The notes beneath the pieces are model-generated. The model did no database searches and had not been told where the DNA came from. It saw only the letters and a list, made by a program, of their open reading frames with translations. Positions 43,096 through 52,366 of a DNA stretch of 64,000 nucleotides are shown here, in pieces. Positions within the stretch are counted from its first letter, which is position 1. Every line of letters begins with the position of its first letter. Origin of the DNA: Polyangiaceae bacterium (GTDB lineage Bacteria; Myxococcota_A; Polyangia; Polyangiales; Polyangiaceae); assembly GCA_044222475.1 (NCBI GenBank), contig JBGANF010000022.1:1-64000 (forward strand). The letters run 5' to 3'. The translations under genes and the position numbers were made by a program.

Positions 43096-45006
43096 ATGTG
43101 GCGACGCTTTCTCGTCGGCGCGCTCTGCGCCGCGGTGCTTTCTTGCGGCAACGAGCCCGGCTCCACGTTCGACCCCGACGGCAGCGCGGACGTCGCGACC
43201 GAGGTCCCGCCGAACTTCACGCTGCGCGTCGAGCCTCCGGACGGCAAGGCCACCGCCGTCCTGGGGACGCCTCCGCCCACGCTCGCGTTCAAGGCGATCA
43301 AGAGCGAGAACGGCGCCGACACCGACGTCACCGATCAAGTCGGTTGGGCCGTGGGCGACACGACGTTCGCCGCGATCAGCGCCAAGGGCATCGTCACCTT
43401 CACGGGGCGCGGCGGCGAGACGTCGGTCATGGCGACGCTCTCCGGCATCAAAGGCACCGGCAAGGCGACGCTCGTCCTCACCGGTGACTTGTACCTCCCT
43501 GGTACCGACTCGAAGACGAAGCAGGCGTTCGAAGCGGCCACCCTCGACCCGGCGAGCCCGCCGCTGCTCGAGTATCCGGAGAACGCGACGGTGCTCCCCG
43601 CGAACCTCCCGCCGATCGAGTACCAGTGGTCCAAGTCCGACGGCACCGCGTTCCGCGTCCACCTGACCGGCAAGTACCTCGACATGTGGGTCTACACGAC
43701 CGCCGCCGATTGGACGCCGGACAAGGACGTGTGGCCGGTCCTCCGCGCGAGCACGACCGACCAGCCCGACGCGGGCACCGCGTGGCTCGTCGAGTCGCTG
43801 TCGGCCGCCAAGGTGAAGCGCGCATCGACGTCGCGCACGTTCAACACCGCCGTCGACTCCATCGACGACAGCGCCATCTACGTGTGGCAGAGCTCGACCG
43901 GCACGTTCCGCATCATCGACGTGGGCCTCGGGAAGGACTTTCCGCTCCCGACCGACAGCCCGCAGCTCCAGCCCAACCAGCCGTGCTCCGGGTGTCACCG
44001 GATCTCGCGCGACGGGAAGCGCTTCGCGTTCACGTACAACGGCGGCAACTTCAACTTCGGCTCGCTCGCCTACGACTCGACCGCCAAGCTCTACAAGCAG
44101 AAGATCACGCCCACGCCCGCGTTCCGCGGCACGTACGCGGCGTTCGATCCGCTCGAGGCGACGCGCGCCCCGGCGATGCTCGTGACCGTGCCCGACAACG
44201 TGCCGCAGAACACCGCCGGCACCGTGCGGCTCGAGCTGCGCGATCCCGACACCAACGCGGTCGTCCCGAGCAACCTCGCGACGGCGATCGCGCAGCTCGA
44301 TCCGACGAACCCCGGCCGCGCGACGAGCATGCCCGACTGGTCGGCCGACGGGAGCTTCGTCGTCTTCTCCGCCTACTCGAGCAACGCCGCCTACGTGCGC
44401 CTCCTCGGCGACGACATCGTCAACGCGTCCATCGTCGAGATGCCGGTCACCTTCGGCGGCGGGACGTACACCTTCGGTGCGCCCAAGGTGCTCGTGGCCG
44501 CGAACACCGCCGCGAACCCCGACACCGGGGTGAACAACTTCCTCCCGACGGTGTCCCCCGATGGTACGGCGGTGGCGTTCACGCGCGCGAACGGCTGGTG
44601 GTCGATCAAGACGCAGCAGTCGCTGTTGAATCTCTCCGGGCAGATCTCCCTCGTGCGCCGGAGCGACAACCAGGTGTTCACGCTCGCCAATGGGTCACCG
44701 GGCACCGGCGTGAGCAACACGTGGCCGCAGTGGGCGCCGACGGTGGGCTCGCGCTACGCGTGGCTCGCGTTCGGCTCGGAGCGCGCGTACGGCCACGAGC
44801 TGACGGTGGCGAACAAGAGCTGCGGCTCGCTCGTGCAAGGGCAGGGGAGCTGCAAGCAGCTCTGGATCATGGCCGTCGACATGGCGAAGGTGAAGAACGG
44901 GACGGTCGACCCGAGCTTCGCGCCGTTCTGGATCCCCGGTCAGAACATCCACGCGCAGTACGTGAGCCCGCAGTGGACGAAAGCCGTCGTCGCGCCGCCA
45001 AACTGA
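43096..45006 (+). CDS. Lipoprotein with Ig-like and TolB/PD40 beta-propeller domains and one CxxCH
   Basis: Lipobox VLSC; LEYPENATVLP; CSGCH; SMPDWSADG, PTVSPDG, WPQWAP; FWIPGQ. Confidence 0.75.
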   Translation: MWRRFLVGALCAAVLSCGNEPGSTFDPDGSADVATEVPPNFTLRVEPPDGKATAVLGTPPPTLAFKAIKSENGADTDVTDQVGWAVGDTTFAAISAKGIVTFTGRGGETSVMATLSGIKGTGKATLVLTGDLYLPGTDSKTKQAFEAATLDPASPPLLEYPENATVLPANLPPIEYQWSKSDGTAFRVHLTGKYLDMWVYTTAADWTPDKDVWPVLRASTTDQPDAGTAWLVESLSAAKVKRASTSRTFNTAVDSIDDSAIYVWQSSTGTFRIIDVGLGKDFPLPTDSPQLQPNQPCSGCHRISRDGKRFAFTYNGGNFNFGSLAYDSTAKLYKQKITPTPAFRGTYAAFDPLEATRAPAMLVTVPDNVPQNTAGTVRLELRDPDTNAVVPSNLATAIAQLDPTNPGRATSMPDWSADGSFVVFSAYSSNAAYVRLLGDDIVNASIVEMPVTFGGGTYTFGAPKVLVAANTAANPDTGVNNFLPTVSPDGTAVAFTRANGWWSIKTQQSLLNLSGQISLVRRSDNQVFTLANGSPGTGVSNTWPQWAPTVGSRYAWLAFGSERAYGHELTVANKSCGSLVQGQGSCKQLWIMAVDMAKVKNGTVDPSFAPFWIPGQNIHAQYVSPQWTKAVVAPPN

Positions 45007-45393
45007 CTACTGAAGGACGACGGTCTTCGTGAGCGCGGCGCTGACCTTGGCGTTCTTGTCCGTCGCGCTCACGTCGTAGGTGTACGTGCCCGCCGGGACC
45101 GCGCCGGGGATCACGATCCCAATCGGGTACGGCGACGTCGCAGTGGATACGTCGACGACTGCGTCTTGCAGCACGACCGCACCCTGAGGGTGCAAGTGAA
45201 TCCCGATCTTGGCGACGCCCGCCCCGGCGTGCGCCGTGACGTTGCCGGTCATCGTGTAGTTCCCCGTGCCGTCCTTCGCGACGGACGCGGGGAACGTCGC
45301 GTCGTCGACGACGGGGAGCGACTCCGCCGCGGAGCACGCGGTGAAGAGACCGAGACACATCACGACGGCGAGAAGATGGGACGAACGGAACAT
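45007..45393 (-). CDS. Small Ig-like lipoprotein
   Basis: Lipobox FTAC; GTYTYDVSATD. Confidence 0.65.
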   Translation of the reverse strand: MFRSSHLLAVVMCLGLFTACSAAESLPVVDDATFPASVAKDGTGNYTMTGNVTAHAGAGVAKIGIHLHPQGAVVLQDAVVDVSTATSPYPIGIVIPGAVPAGTYTYDVSATDKNAKVSAALTKTVVLQ

Positions 45394-45566
45394 GCAGTGA
45401 ATGTCGCACGAACGGCTCTTGTCCGCTGCGTCATGTCGGCTACTGACATGACCGCCGCGTTCGGCAAGCTCGTCGCGCCCTCGCGTCTACGGTTTCTCCG
45501 CACCCAGGACGTCGGAACCGCCCTTCGCTCAGCGCTGTTGCCACATCGCGTCCTTTGACGGGATGA

Positions 45567-45896
45567 TCACTTGTTGATTTCGCACCACTCGGGGGTGACG
45601 ACGCTCCCGGCGCTATGATTCACGCAACTCGTCGCCGCCGGGCAGTCAGCCTGAGAATCGCATAGCTTCGAGCACACGAGCTTGGTTGCCGGGACACAGT
45701 AGACGCCCGTCGGGCAGGCAGGCTGAAAGACGCAGATTGCGCCGGACTCGCACTCGTCCGTGCTCAAGTAGGTCTTACAAGGGCTCCCAATCTCGGCTCC
45801 GCTGCCACAGGCGACGAGGATCACGAAGGACGGGACTACGAACTCTCGCACACCCCGATGCTGCGCTCGCGGGCGATCGAGGACAAGAGCCATCAC
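45567..45896 (-). CDS. Small Cys-rich putative lipoprotein
   Basis: LVAC lipobox, many Cys; DNA is more AT-rich than its neighbours. Confidence 0.5.
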   Translation of the reverse strand: MMALVLDRPRAQHRGVREFVVPSFVILVACGSGAEIGSPCKTYLSTDECESGAICVFQPACPTGVYCVPATKLVCSKLCDSQADCPAATSCVNHSAGSVVTPEWCEINK

Positions 45897-45965
45897 GTTT
45901 GACGGGTCGGCGTCAGCCGAAAGGAGCGCTGACTCGACCGACGCGACGATCGATTGATTTCCCAG

Positions 45966-46039
45966 CGCGCCCGGAGGGATTCGAACCCCCGACCCGCGGC
46001 TTCGAAGGCCGCTGCTCTATCCAGCTGAGCTACAGGCGC
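45966..46039 (-). tRNA. tRNA-Arg (anticodon UCG), no encoded CCA
   Basis: GCGCCTG TAGCTCAGCTGGATAGAGC A GCGGC CT TCG AA GCCGC GGGTC GGGGG TTCGAAT CCCTC CGGGCGC G folds as a cloverleaf. Confidence 0.95.
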
Positions 46040-46091
46040 GAGGAGGCCAGACCTACCACGGATCGACGCGCGCGGGGCGTCCGACTGACGG

Positions 46092-46958
46092 TCAAGGCAG
46101 CGGGTCGATCGAGTCTGGCTGGATCGTGACGGTGTCGACGAGCTGCGCCGCCGACGTCCCGTCGAGCGTTCCCCACGCGATCTCGACCGGGAATGCACTC
46201 TTGAGTGTCGTCGTGCCCCGCGTCGTGGTGCCATTCCATGTCACCTTCGCGTCGCGCCGGCCGTTCGTGCTGCCGTCGAGCCCAGCTTGGACCCAATCGA
46301 TCAGAACCTTGTTCGCAGCGCCGGACGTCTGCAACGCATCGGGCTGCACGACGATCTGCGCCGCCGCGCCGTCGCACGCATACGACACCAAGAGCGCACG
46401 TTTCAGGATCATCGTGCGCTGGACCTCGCCCCTCACGGACCTCAGGTTGATCGTGATGTCGCGGGCCGTCGCGGTTCCAGCCACGAACGCCCGGCCCCAG
46501 TCCGCGACGGACGCCGAAGACGTCAGGGTGAACGTCACCTTGCCGATCTTGGACGGCCCAGGGATCGAGCGGGGGGGCAACTTGGGATCCGCGTTGGCCG
46601 TCAGGATCACGTCGATGGTGGTCGGCTCGAACGCGATCTTCGTGACGTCGCGGCCCAGGTCGGTGTCGAACGTGTTGCTCGTCAACGAGCCGACCACCTG
46701 CACGAGCTTCACCTGAGACCACGCTTTCTTGCCGGCCCTGTACGTCGGCGGTCGCGTGTTCGGATCCCGTACGGCTTCCATGTCGAGGCCCATGCCTGCG
46801 ACCGACTTGTATGCCTCCGCGGTGGCCGCCCCGATCGCCACCTGGAACCCCAAGGGGCTCACTCCGAGGTCACGTATGGTCGCCGCACGCGAGTCCCCTC
46901 CGAGGAGCGCGGTGGAGAGAGCTGCCGTCGCGAGTGCCCAATGATGAAAGCGCATCAT
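46092..46958 (-). CDS. Secreted protein resembling two T4 gp19-like phage tail-tube domains
   Basis: Signal peptide; FQVAIG...SVAGMGLDME...AGKKAWSQVKL; IPGPSKIGKVTF...DW...RDITINL; LIDW...DG...RRD...AFP...LDGTS...DTVTI. Confidence 0.55.
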   Translation of the reverse strand: MMRFHHWALATAALSTALLGGDSRAATIRDLGVSPLGFQVAIGAATAEAYKSVAGMGLDMEAVRDPNTRPPTYRAGKKAWSQVKLVQVVGSLTSNTFDTDLGRDVTKIAFEPTTIDVILTANADPKLPPRSIPGPSKIGKVTFTLTSSASVADWGRAFVAGTATARDITINLRSVRGEVQRTMILKRALLVSYACDGAAAQIVVQPDALQTSGAANKVLIDWVQAGLDGSTNGRRDAKVTWNGTTTRGTTTLKSAFPVEIAWGTLDGTSAAQLVDTVTIQPDSIDPLP

Positions 46959-47111
46959 GAAGGCCCCTCAAGCATCCACCATGCCACGCGGGCATGTCCG
47001 TGCTCCCCGTGTCGCCGGCGCGCAAAGCGCCGCGCGGCGCGCACGTCCTGCGTCGCCTCGTCGGCGTGCGGGGTTGACGACCGCACCGGCGGTCGCATCT
47101 TTCTCTCGGTC

Positions 47112-47528
47112 ATGATCGTCGACTGCAACTCGTGCCACGCATCGAACCGGCTCCCCGCCGCGCGCCTGGGCGACAAGGCGAAGTGTGCAAAGTGCAAAGA
47201 GCCGCTGCTTCCCATCGCGCGGCCGATCGCGCTGCAGAGCACGGCAGATTTCGACGAGCTGATCCGCAACGCCAAGGCGGACGTCCTCGTCGACTTCTGG
47301 GCGGCTTGGTGTGGCCCGTGCCGCATGGTCGCTCCCGAGCTCGAGAAGGTCGCGAGTCACCGCGTCGGGCGCACCGTGGTCGCCAAGGTCGACACCGAGG
47401 CGCTCCCCGATCTCGCCGCGCGCTACGGCATCCGCAGCATCCCGACGATGATCGTCTTCCGCGGCGGAGCCGAAGCCAAACGCATCAGCGGCGCGATGCC
47501 GGCGGCTCAGATCGAGGCGCAGCTCTGA
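47112..47528 (+). CDS. trxC: Thioredoxin 2 with N-terminal Zn finger
   Basis: CNSC...NR...CAKC and WCGPC. Confidence 0.9.
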   Translation: MIVDCNSCHASNRLPAARLGDKAKCAKCKEPLLPIARPIALQSTADFDELIRNAKADVLVDFWAAWCGPCRMVAPELEKVASHRVGRTVVAKVDTEALPDLAARYGIRSIPTMIVFRGGAEAKRISGAMPAAQIEAQL

Positions 47529-47591
47529 GCCATCTGTTTTAGTGGACACGTGTCTGTTTTATGGTAATCCGTTGCCAGAACGGAGAACACC

Positions 47592-48230
47592 ATGACCATC
47601 CAGCTCGGCTCGATCGCACCCGATTTCACCCAGGAGTCCAACGAAGGCACGATCCGCTTCCACGAATGGCTAGGCGATTCGTGGGGGATCCTGTTCTCGC
47701 ATCCCAAGGACTTCACCCCGGTGTGCACGACCGAGCTCGGCACGGTGGCCAAGCTCAAGAAGAAGTTCGACGCGCGCCACGTGAAGCCGATCGCGCTCAG
47801 CGTCGACGACGTCGAGTCGCACAAGAAGTGGATCGTCGACATCGAGGAGACGCAGGACACGAAGCTCAACTACCCGATCCTCGCCGACGGTGATCGGAAG
47901 GTCTCGACCCTGTACGGGATGATTCACCCCGAAGCGGACAACACGCTCACCGTCCGCTCGGTGTTCATCATCGATCCGAAGAAGAAGGTCCGCGCGACGT
48001 TCACCTACCCGGCGAGCACCGGCCGCAACTTCGACGAGATCCTCCGCCTGATCGACTCGCTCCAGCTCACCGACAGCCACTCGGTCGCGACGCCGGCGAA
48101 CTGGAAGGACGGTGACGAGGTGGTCATCGTCCCATCGCTCCAGGATCCCAAGGTCCTCGCCGAGAAGTTCCCCAAGGGCTTCCGGGCCGTGCGGCCGTAC
48201 CTCCGCCTGACGCCTCAGCCGAACCGCTGA
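47592..48230 (+). CDS. 1-Cys peroxiredoxin (Prx6)
   Basis: FSHPKDFTPVCTTE, YPASTGRNFDEILR, ATPANW. Confidence 0.93.
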   Translation: MTIQLGSIAPDFTQESNEGTIRFHEWLGDSWGILFSHPKDFTPVCTTELGTVAKLKKKFDARHVKPIALSVDDVESHKKWIVDIEETQDTKLNYPILADGDRKVSTLYGMIHPEADNTLTVRSVFIIDPKKKVRATFTYPASTGRNFDEILRLIDSLQLTDSHSVATPANWKDGDEVVIVPSLQDPKVLAEKFPKGFRAVRPYLRLTPQPNR

Positions 48231-48267
48231 CTTGCGCCGAGCCGGCGCTCGGAATAGGTTCCGCGCC

Positions 48268-49020
48268 GTGCCGTCCCCCTCGCGTCGCCCCGCGCCCATC
48301 TCGTCCGTCCCTCCGACGAGCCGCCGCACGCGCGCGAGCATCGCCGCCCATCCCACCTACGAAGCCACCGAGGTCTTCGGGCACGAGGCGATCGATCGGA
48401 TCGCCAAGGCGCTCCCGCTCTTCGAGCGCGCCTACGCGAACGTCCGGTTCTCGATCCTCCGGCCGAAGCTCCTCAGCGTCATGGACCTCATGCTCGTCGA
48501 CGAGGGTCGCATCCTCGACGTCGGGTGTGGCTTCGGCCTCTTCGCGGCCTACTTCGGGCTGACCCAACCGGGCCGCCAGATCACCGGCCTCGATCCGAAC
48601 CCGAAGCGCATCGACCTCGCGCGTCACGTCGCCGATCGCGTCGGTCTGACCCAGCACCGCTTCCTCGCGGCCGACGTACGCGACGTCGAGGTCGAAGGCC
48701 CGTTCGACGCGATCTACGTGCTCGACGTGATGCACCACATCCCCGCGGACGATCAGCGGGGCGTTTTGGAGCGCCTCTACGATCTCCTCGCCCCGGGCGG
48801 GATGCTCCTCATCAAGGACATCACCACCGAGCCCCATCATCAGCTCGTCTTCACCGAGATGCTCGATCGCCTGATGATCGGGATGAAGGAGCCGCTCGCC
48901 TATCGCCACCACCGTGCGTGGGGCGAGCTCTTGAGCGACATCGGCTTCAAGGTGCGCATCGTCCGCGTGCCGGACGTGCTCCCCTATCCGCATGTGGTGA
49001 TCGCCGCGACGAAGCGCTGA
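48268..49020 (+). CDS. Class I SAM-dependent methyltransferase
   Basis: ILDVGCGFG, FDAI..DVMHH, LAPGG. Confidence 0.85.
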   Translation: MPSPSRRPAPISSVPPTSRRTRASIAAHPTYEATEVFGHEAIDRIAKALPLFERAYANVRFSILRPKLLSVMDLMLVDEGRILDVGCGFGLFAAYFGLTQPGRQITGLDPNPKRIDLARHVADRVGLTQHRFLAADVRDVEVEGPFDAIYVLDVMHHIPADDQRGVLERLYDLLAPGGMLLIKDITTEPHHQLVFTEMLDRLMIGMKEPLAYRHHRAWGELLSDIGFKVRIVRVPDVLPYPHVVIAATKR

Positions 49021-49040
49021 AAACGTGCGATTCTAGGGGT

Positions 49041-50030
49041 ATGTCGTCCCGCCTCACCCTGCTTTCGTCGACCTTCGCTTTCGGGCTCGTTCTCGCCGCC
49101 TGTAGCGCGGCCCCCACGACGACCCCCAACCCGAAGATCGGCAAGACCTTTCCGACCGCGGATGCGGCGCCCGTGTACACCGGGACGGCGTTCACCGGCA
49201 TGCAGATCTACGATCTCGAGGCGAACCTGTACCTCGACGAGAACGCACTCCTCGAGGCACTCGACGACGACAAGATGGTCTTCATGGGCGAGCAGCACGA
49301 GACGGCACCCGTCCAGGAGCTCGAGCTCTGGCTCCTCACGCGCATGACGAAGCGTCACGACGACATGTCGCTCGGGATGGAGCACTTCCAGCACGACGAG
49401 CAGCCCATCATCGACAGCTACCTCGCCGGATCGATCTCGACGACGGACTTCGAGGCGACGAGCTCGCCGTGGAAGAACTACGACATCTACTGGAAGCCGC
49501 TCGTCGAGCACATGAAGAGCGTCGGGCGCCCGGTGATCGGGCTCAACGTCCCGGACGAAGCCCTGAGCACGCTGTACGGCGCGTTCCCCAAATCGCCCTT
49601 CACCACGTTCAACACCTGGGACACGTCGTCACCGTACGACGCTTCGATCGCGCCGCGCCCCATCCCCAAGTGGGACGAGACGTACAAGGCCTATTTCGAG
49701 ACCAACTTCGACTACGCCGCTCACGGCCAGAAGCTCGGCTTGTCCTATGCCGACGCGCTGATCTACTTCACCGACCTCGCCGTCATCCGTGACGAGACGA
49801 TGGGCTACTTCTCGTCCACGGCGATTGCCAACGGCGGGCGCCTCATGGTCGTCGCCGGCGACTGGCACGTCCAGAGCGGTCTCGCCACCCCCGATCGAGC
49901 GATGCGCTACGCGGGGAGCGCCGCCAAGACCGATCTCGTGACGACCACGCCGAAGGCTCAGCTCGAGGCCGTGAAAGCGAAGACCGTGAGCGGGCGCAAA
50001 CTCGCCCATTTCGTCTTCGTCTATCAGTGA
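49041..50030 (+). CDS. ChaN/EreA-like (heme-uptake family) lipoprotein
   Basis: Lipobox LAAC; MGEQH, LGMEHF, RDETMG, AGDWHV. Confidence 0.75.
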   Translation: MSSRLTLLSSTFAFGLVLAACSAAPTTTPNPKIGKTFPTADAAPVYTGTAFTGMQIYDLEANLYLDENALLEALDDDKMVFMGEQHETAPVQELELWLLTRMTKRHDDMSLGMEHFQHDEQPIIDSYLAGSISTTDFEATSSPWKNYDIYWKPLVEHMKSVGRPVIGLNVPDEALSTLYGAFPKSPFTTFNTWDTSSPYDASIAPRPIPKWDETYKAYFETNFDYAAHGQKLGLSYADALIYFTDLAVIRDETMGYFSSTAIANGGRLMVVAGDWHVQSGLATPDRAMRYAGSAAKTDLVTTTPKAQLEAVKAKTVSGRKLAHFVFVYQ

Positions 50031-50881
50031 CGCCGACCCCCCTCGACGGGGTCACCATCGAGGACGAAGCGTCGTTCCGCCACGTCGCTCTCTATCGCTC
50101 GTTGAAGCAGGTCGTTCGCGACAGCTCCTACCGATTCCGCGTCCTTCCTCGCACTGCATCGCCGCGCTGGGACCGTGCGCTGTTCCTGAACCTCACCTTC
50201 TGGTCCGCGAGCGGCGATGGAGACGTCTTGGTCGCAGCCCGGCTCCCGGCGGACGTCGTCACCCACGTCGCCTGGCATCACCTCGCCGCGAAGCAGCTCG
50301 CGACCGCACATGGCGCGCTCTCCACCGACGCGCTGTTTCTCGGCGAAGCGATCGCGAGCGCGTTCGATCTCTACCTCGTCGGCAGACTGCTCGGGCGCGC
50401 TCCGAGGTCGTCCTTTCTCGCGACGCAAGTCTCGGCGATGGCGGAGTCCGCGAGCGCGGCAGGCATGTCGTCCGCGGGGTTCGCGGCGTTGCTCGCGGAC
50501 GTGGCTCGCGATCCCGATGGAGCGTTCGAGGACCTGCGCGCGCTCCTCTTCGACGCGACGACGGCGCTGCTCCGCTGTCGCTCGGTCGAGCAGGCGTCTC
50601 GCGTCCTCGCTCGTCACGACGAGCACCGCTTCGCCGCGCTCCTCCATCACTACGAGCTCTCGAACTGGGTTCTGTACGCACGCGCTCACGCGCCGGGCGG
50701 GGCGCGTGACCGCCGCGTCCGCTCCATCGATCGCAGCCTCCGTCGAGCCGACGTCGCGCTCGACTGGTTGGTGACGCGGTGGCTCAGCGAGTCCGCTGGA
50801 CCAGGTGCACCCCGAACACCGTCTCGACCACCGTCACGTCGTATGGATCGAGCGCGAACACCGCGTCCTCGAAGGCCTTGA
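50027..50881 (+). CDS. Hypothetical protein
   Basis: GTGA-coupled to the ChaN-like gene; HVAWHH...EAIAS motifs. Confidence 0.6.
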   Translation: MTPTPLDGVTIEDEASFRHVALYRSLKQVVRDSSYRFRVLPRTASPRWDRALFLNLTFWSASGDGDVLVAARLPADVVTHVAWHHLAAKQLATAHGALSTDALFLGEAIASAFDLYLVGRLLGRAPRSSFLATQVSAMAESASAAGMSSAGFAALLADVARDPDGAFEDLRALLFDATTALLRCRSVEQASRVLARHDEHRFAALLHHYELSNWVLYARAHAPGGARDRRVRSIDRSLRRADVALDWLVTRWLSESAGPGAPRTPSRPPSRRMDRARTPRPRRP

Positions 50882-51296
50882 CCATCTGACCACGCGGGAT
50901 CGGTCCGAGGTCACCGCCCATGCGAGCCGTCCCGGGATCCTCGGAGTAGAGCTTCGCGAGATCGGCGAAGTCTTCGCCGGCTGCGAGACGCTTCTTCACC
51001 TCGTCGATGACGGCGTGTGCTTGGCGGAGCGTGCGCTTCTTGCCGTTCGGGAAATCACCGACGCGGACGAGGATGTGACGCGCGCTCACGGTGCGCGGCT
51101 CCGCGGGAGCGGAAGCGGACGCCGAAGCGGAAGCGGAAGCGGAAGCGGAAGCGGAAGCGGAAACGGAAGCCGAAGCGGAAACGGAAGCCGAAGCGGAAGC
51201 GGGGGCGGCTGCCGTCGGAGCGAGCTCCGCGTGCGCGCACGACGCCGCGACGGGCAACGCGATCACGCACGTCAAGATCGCTCGACGTATGGTCAT
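50784..51296 (-). CDS. Parvulin-type peptidyl-prolyl isomerase with (AS)n linker
   Basis: SARHILV, FADLAKLYSED, GGDLG, MVKAFEDAVF, ETVFGVHL. Confidence 0.9.
   Translation of the reverse strand: MTIRRAILTCVIALPVAASCAHAELAPTAAAPASASASVSASASVSASASASASASASASASAPAEPRTVSARHILVRVGDFPNGKKRTLRQAHAVIDEVKKRLAAGEDFADLAKLYSEDPGTARMGGDLGPIPRGQMVKAFEDAVFALDPYDVTVVETVFGVHLVQRTR
51108..51201. repeat. Hexamer microsatellite (GAAGCG)n encoding an Ala-Ser linker
   Basis: Direct inspection of the tandem gcggaa units. Confidence 0.9.
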
Positions 51297-51494
51297 GCCA
51301 CGTCACTCTACCGTGCCGCGCAAAACCGGGGCCATGACGCGACGCAAAATCGGCGTGACATGCGACGAAAAGGGGGTGACGGAATTCCGACGCACCTTAG
51401 GTTCTCCTGCGTAAGGGGCTTCGCGGAACGAAGAAGCAAAAGGCGTCGGCATTACATCCCGTAGTTTCCGACGCGCGTTCCGACGAAGAGGGCC

Positions 51495-52271
51495 ATGACG
51501 GTTCTCCAGTTCCTATTTGCATGGGCCAACGCGCCGTTCTCGGTCGCGGCTGGCATCGCGGTCGTGTTTGCGATCCTCCAGGCGTCGGGTGTCATGGGAC
51601 TCCTGGCGGGTGGCGATCACGATGCCGACGGCGATGCCGACGTGGACGCGGACGCGGACGCGGACGTCGACGGTGACGTCGACGCAGACGCAGATGTCGA
51701 TGCGGATGCGGAGGCGGATGCCGACGGCGACCACGAAGCCGAGACGGATCAAGATCACGAAGCCGATGGTTCACGCGGCTTCGGGTTCTCGTTCCTCGGC
51801 GCGATGGGCGTGGGGAAGGTCCCTTTCTCCATCCTCTGGCAGAGCTACGCGTTCGCGTTCGCGATCACGGGGCTCTCGCTCAACGCGCACCTCGCGGACA
51901 CTGGAGCGATTCCGCTCCACACGCTCGCGTGGACGCTCCCGATCTCGCTCGTGACGGGCTACGGCGCCGTCGCGGTCCTCTCCCGCGTGCTCGCACCGCT
52001 CTTTGCCACGAAGGGGCAAGAAGCGACGAGCCGCAAGGAGCTCGTCGGTCAGCTCGGCGTGGTCATTTCGTCCTCGGTGACGAAGGACTTCGGCGAGGTG
52101 CGCATCAAGGACAAGACGGGGCACGAGGTAAGGGTGGTGTGCCGCCTCGCGCCTGGTTCGAGCGCTCCCACGGAGCGCGAGAACATCGTCGTCGTCGACT
52201 ACGACGAGGAGCAGGGCCTCCTCGTCGCACCGCTCGAAGACGAGAAGGAAGACCGGCGCGCCGCTCCGTGA
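51495..52271 (+). CDS. NfeD/YqiJ-like membrane protein with acidic DA repeat and OB fold
   Basis: TMs, DADVD repeats, [16 protein letters not shown]...GEVRI; precedes flotillin. Confidence 0.8.
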   Translation: MTVLQFLFAWANAPFSVAAGIAVVFAILQASGVMGLLAGGDHDADGDADVDADADADVDGDVDADADVDADAEADADGDHEAETDQDHEADGSRGFGFSFLGAMGVGKVPFSILWQSYAFAFAITGLSLNAHLADTGAIPLHTLAWTLPISLVTGYGAVAVLSRVLAPLFATKGQEATSRKELVGQLGVVISSSVTKDFGEVRIKDKTGHEVRVVCRLAPGSSAPTERENIVVVDYDEEQGLLVAPLEDEKEDRRAAP

Positions 52272-52366
52272 TCACGGAGTGAAGCGCGAGCTCGGAGCAT
52301 GGCGACCTCGCCATGCACAGGAAACGTTTGTCTCTGCAACGCAACATCTTGAAGGAGAAATGAATC

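Noticed and set aside
45400..47000. Prophage or eCIS at the tRNA-Arg
   Set aside because: No integrase, att duplication, sheath, baseplate or capsid genes; only the single tube-like gene.
51108..51740. Tandem repeats as a CRISPR array
   Set aside because: They are short in-frame coding repeats (AS and DA linkers) with no repeat-spacer structure, and there are no cas genes.
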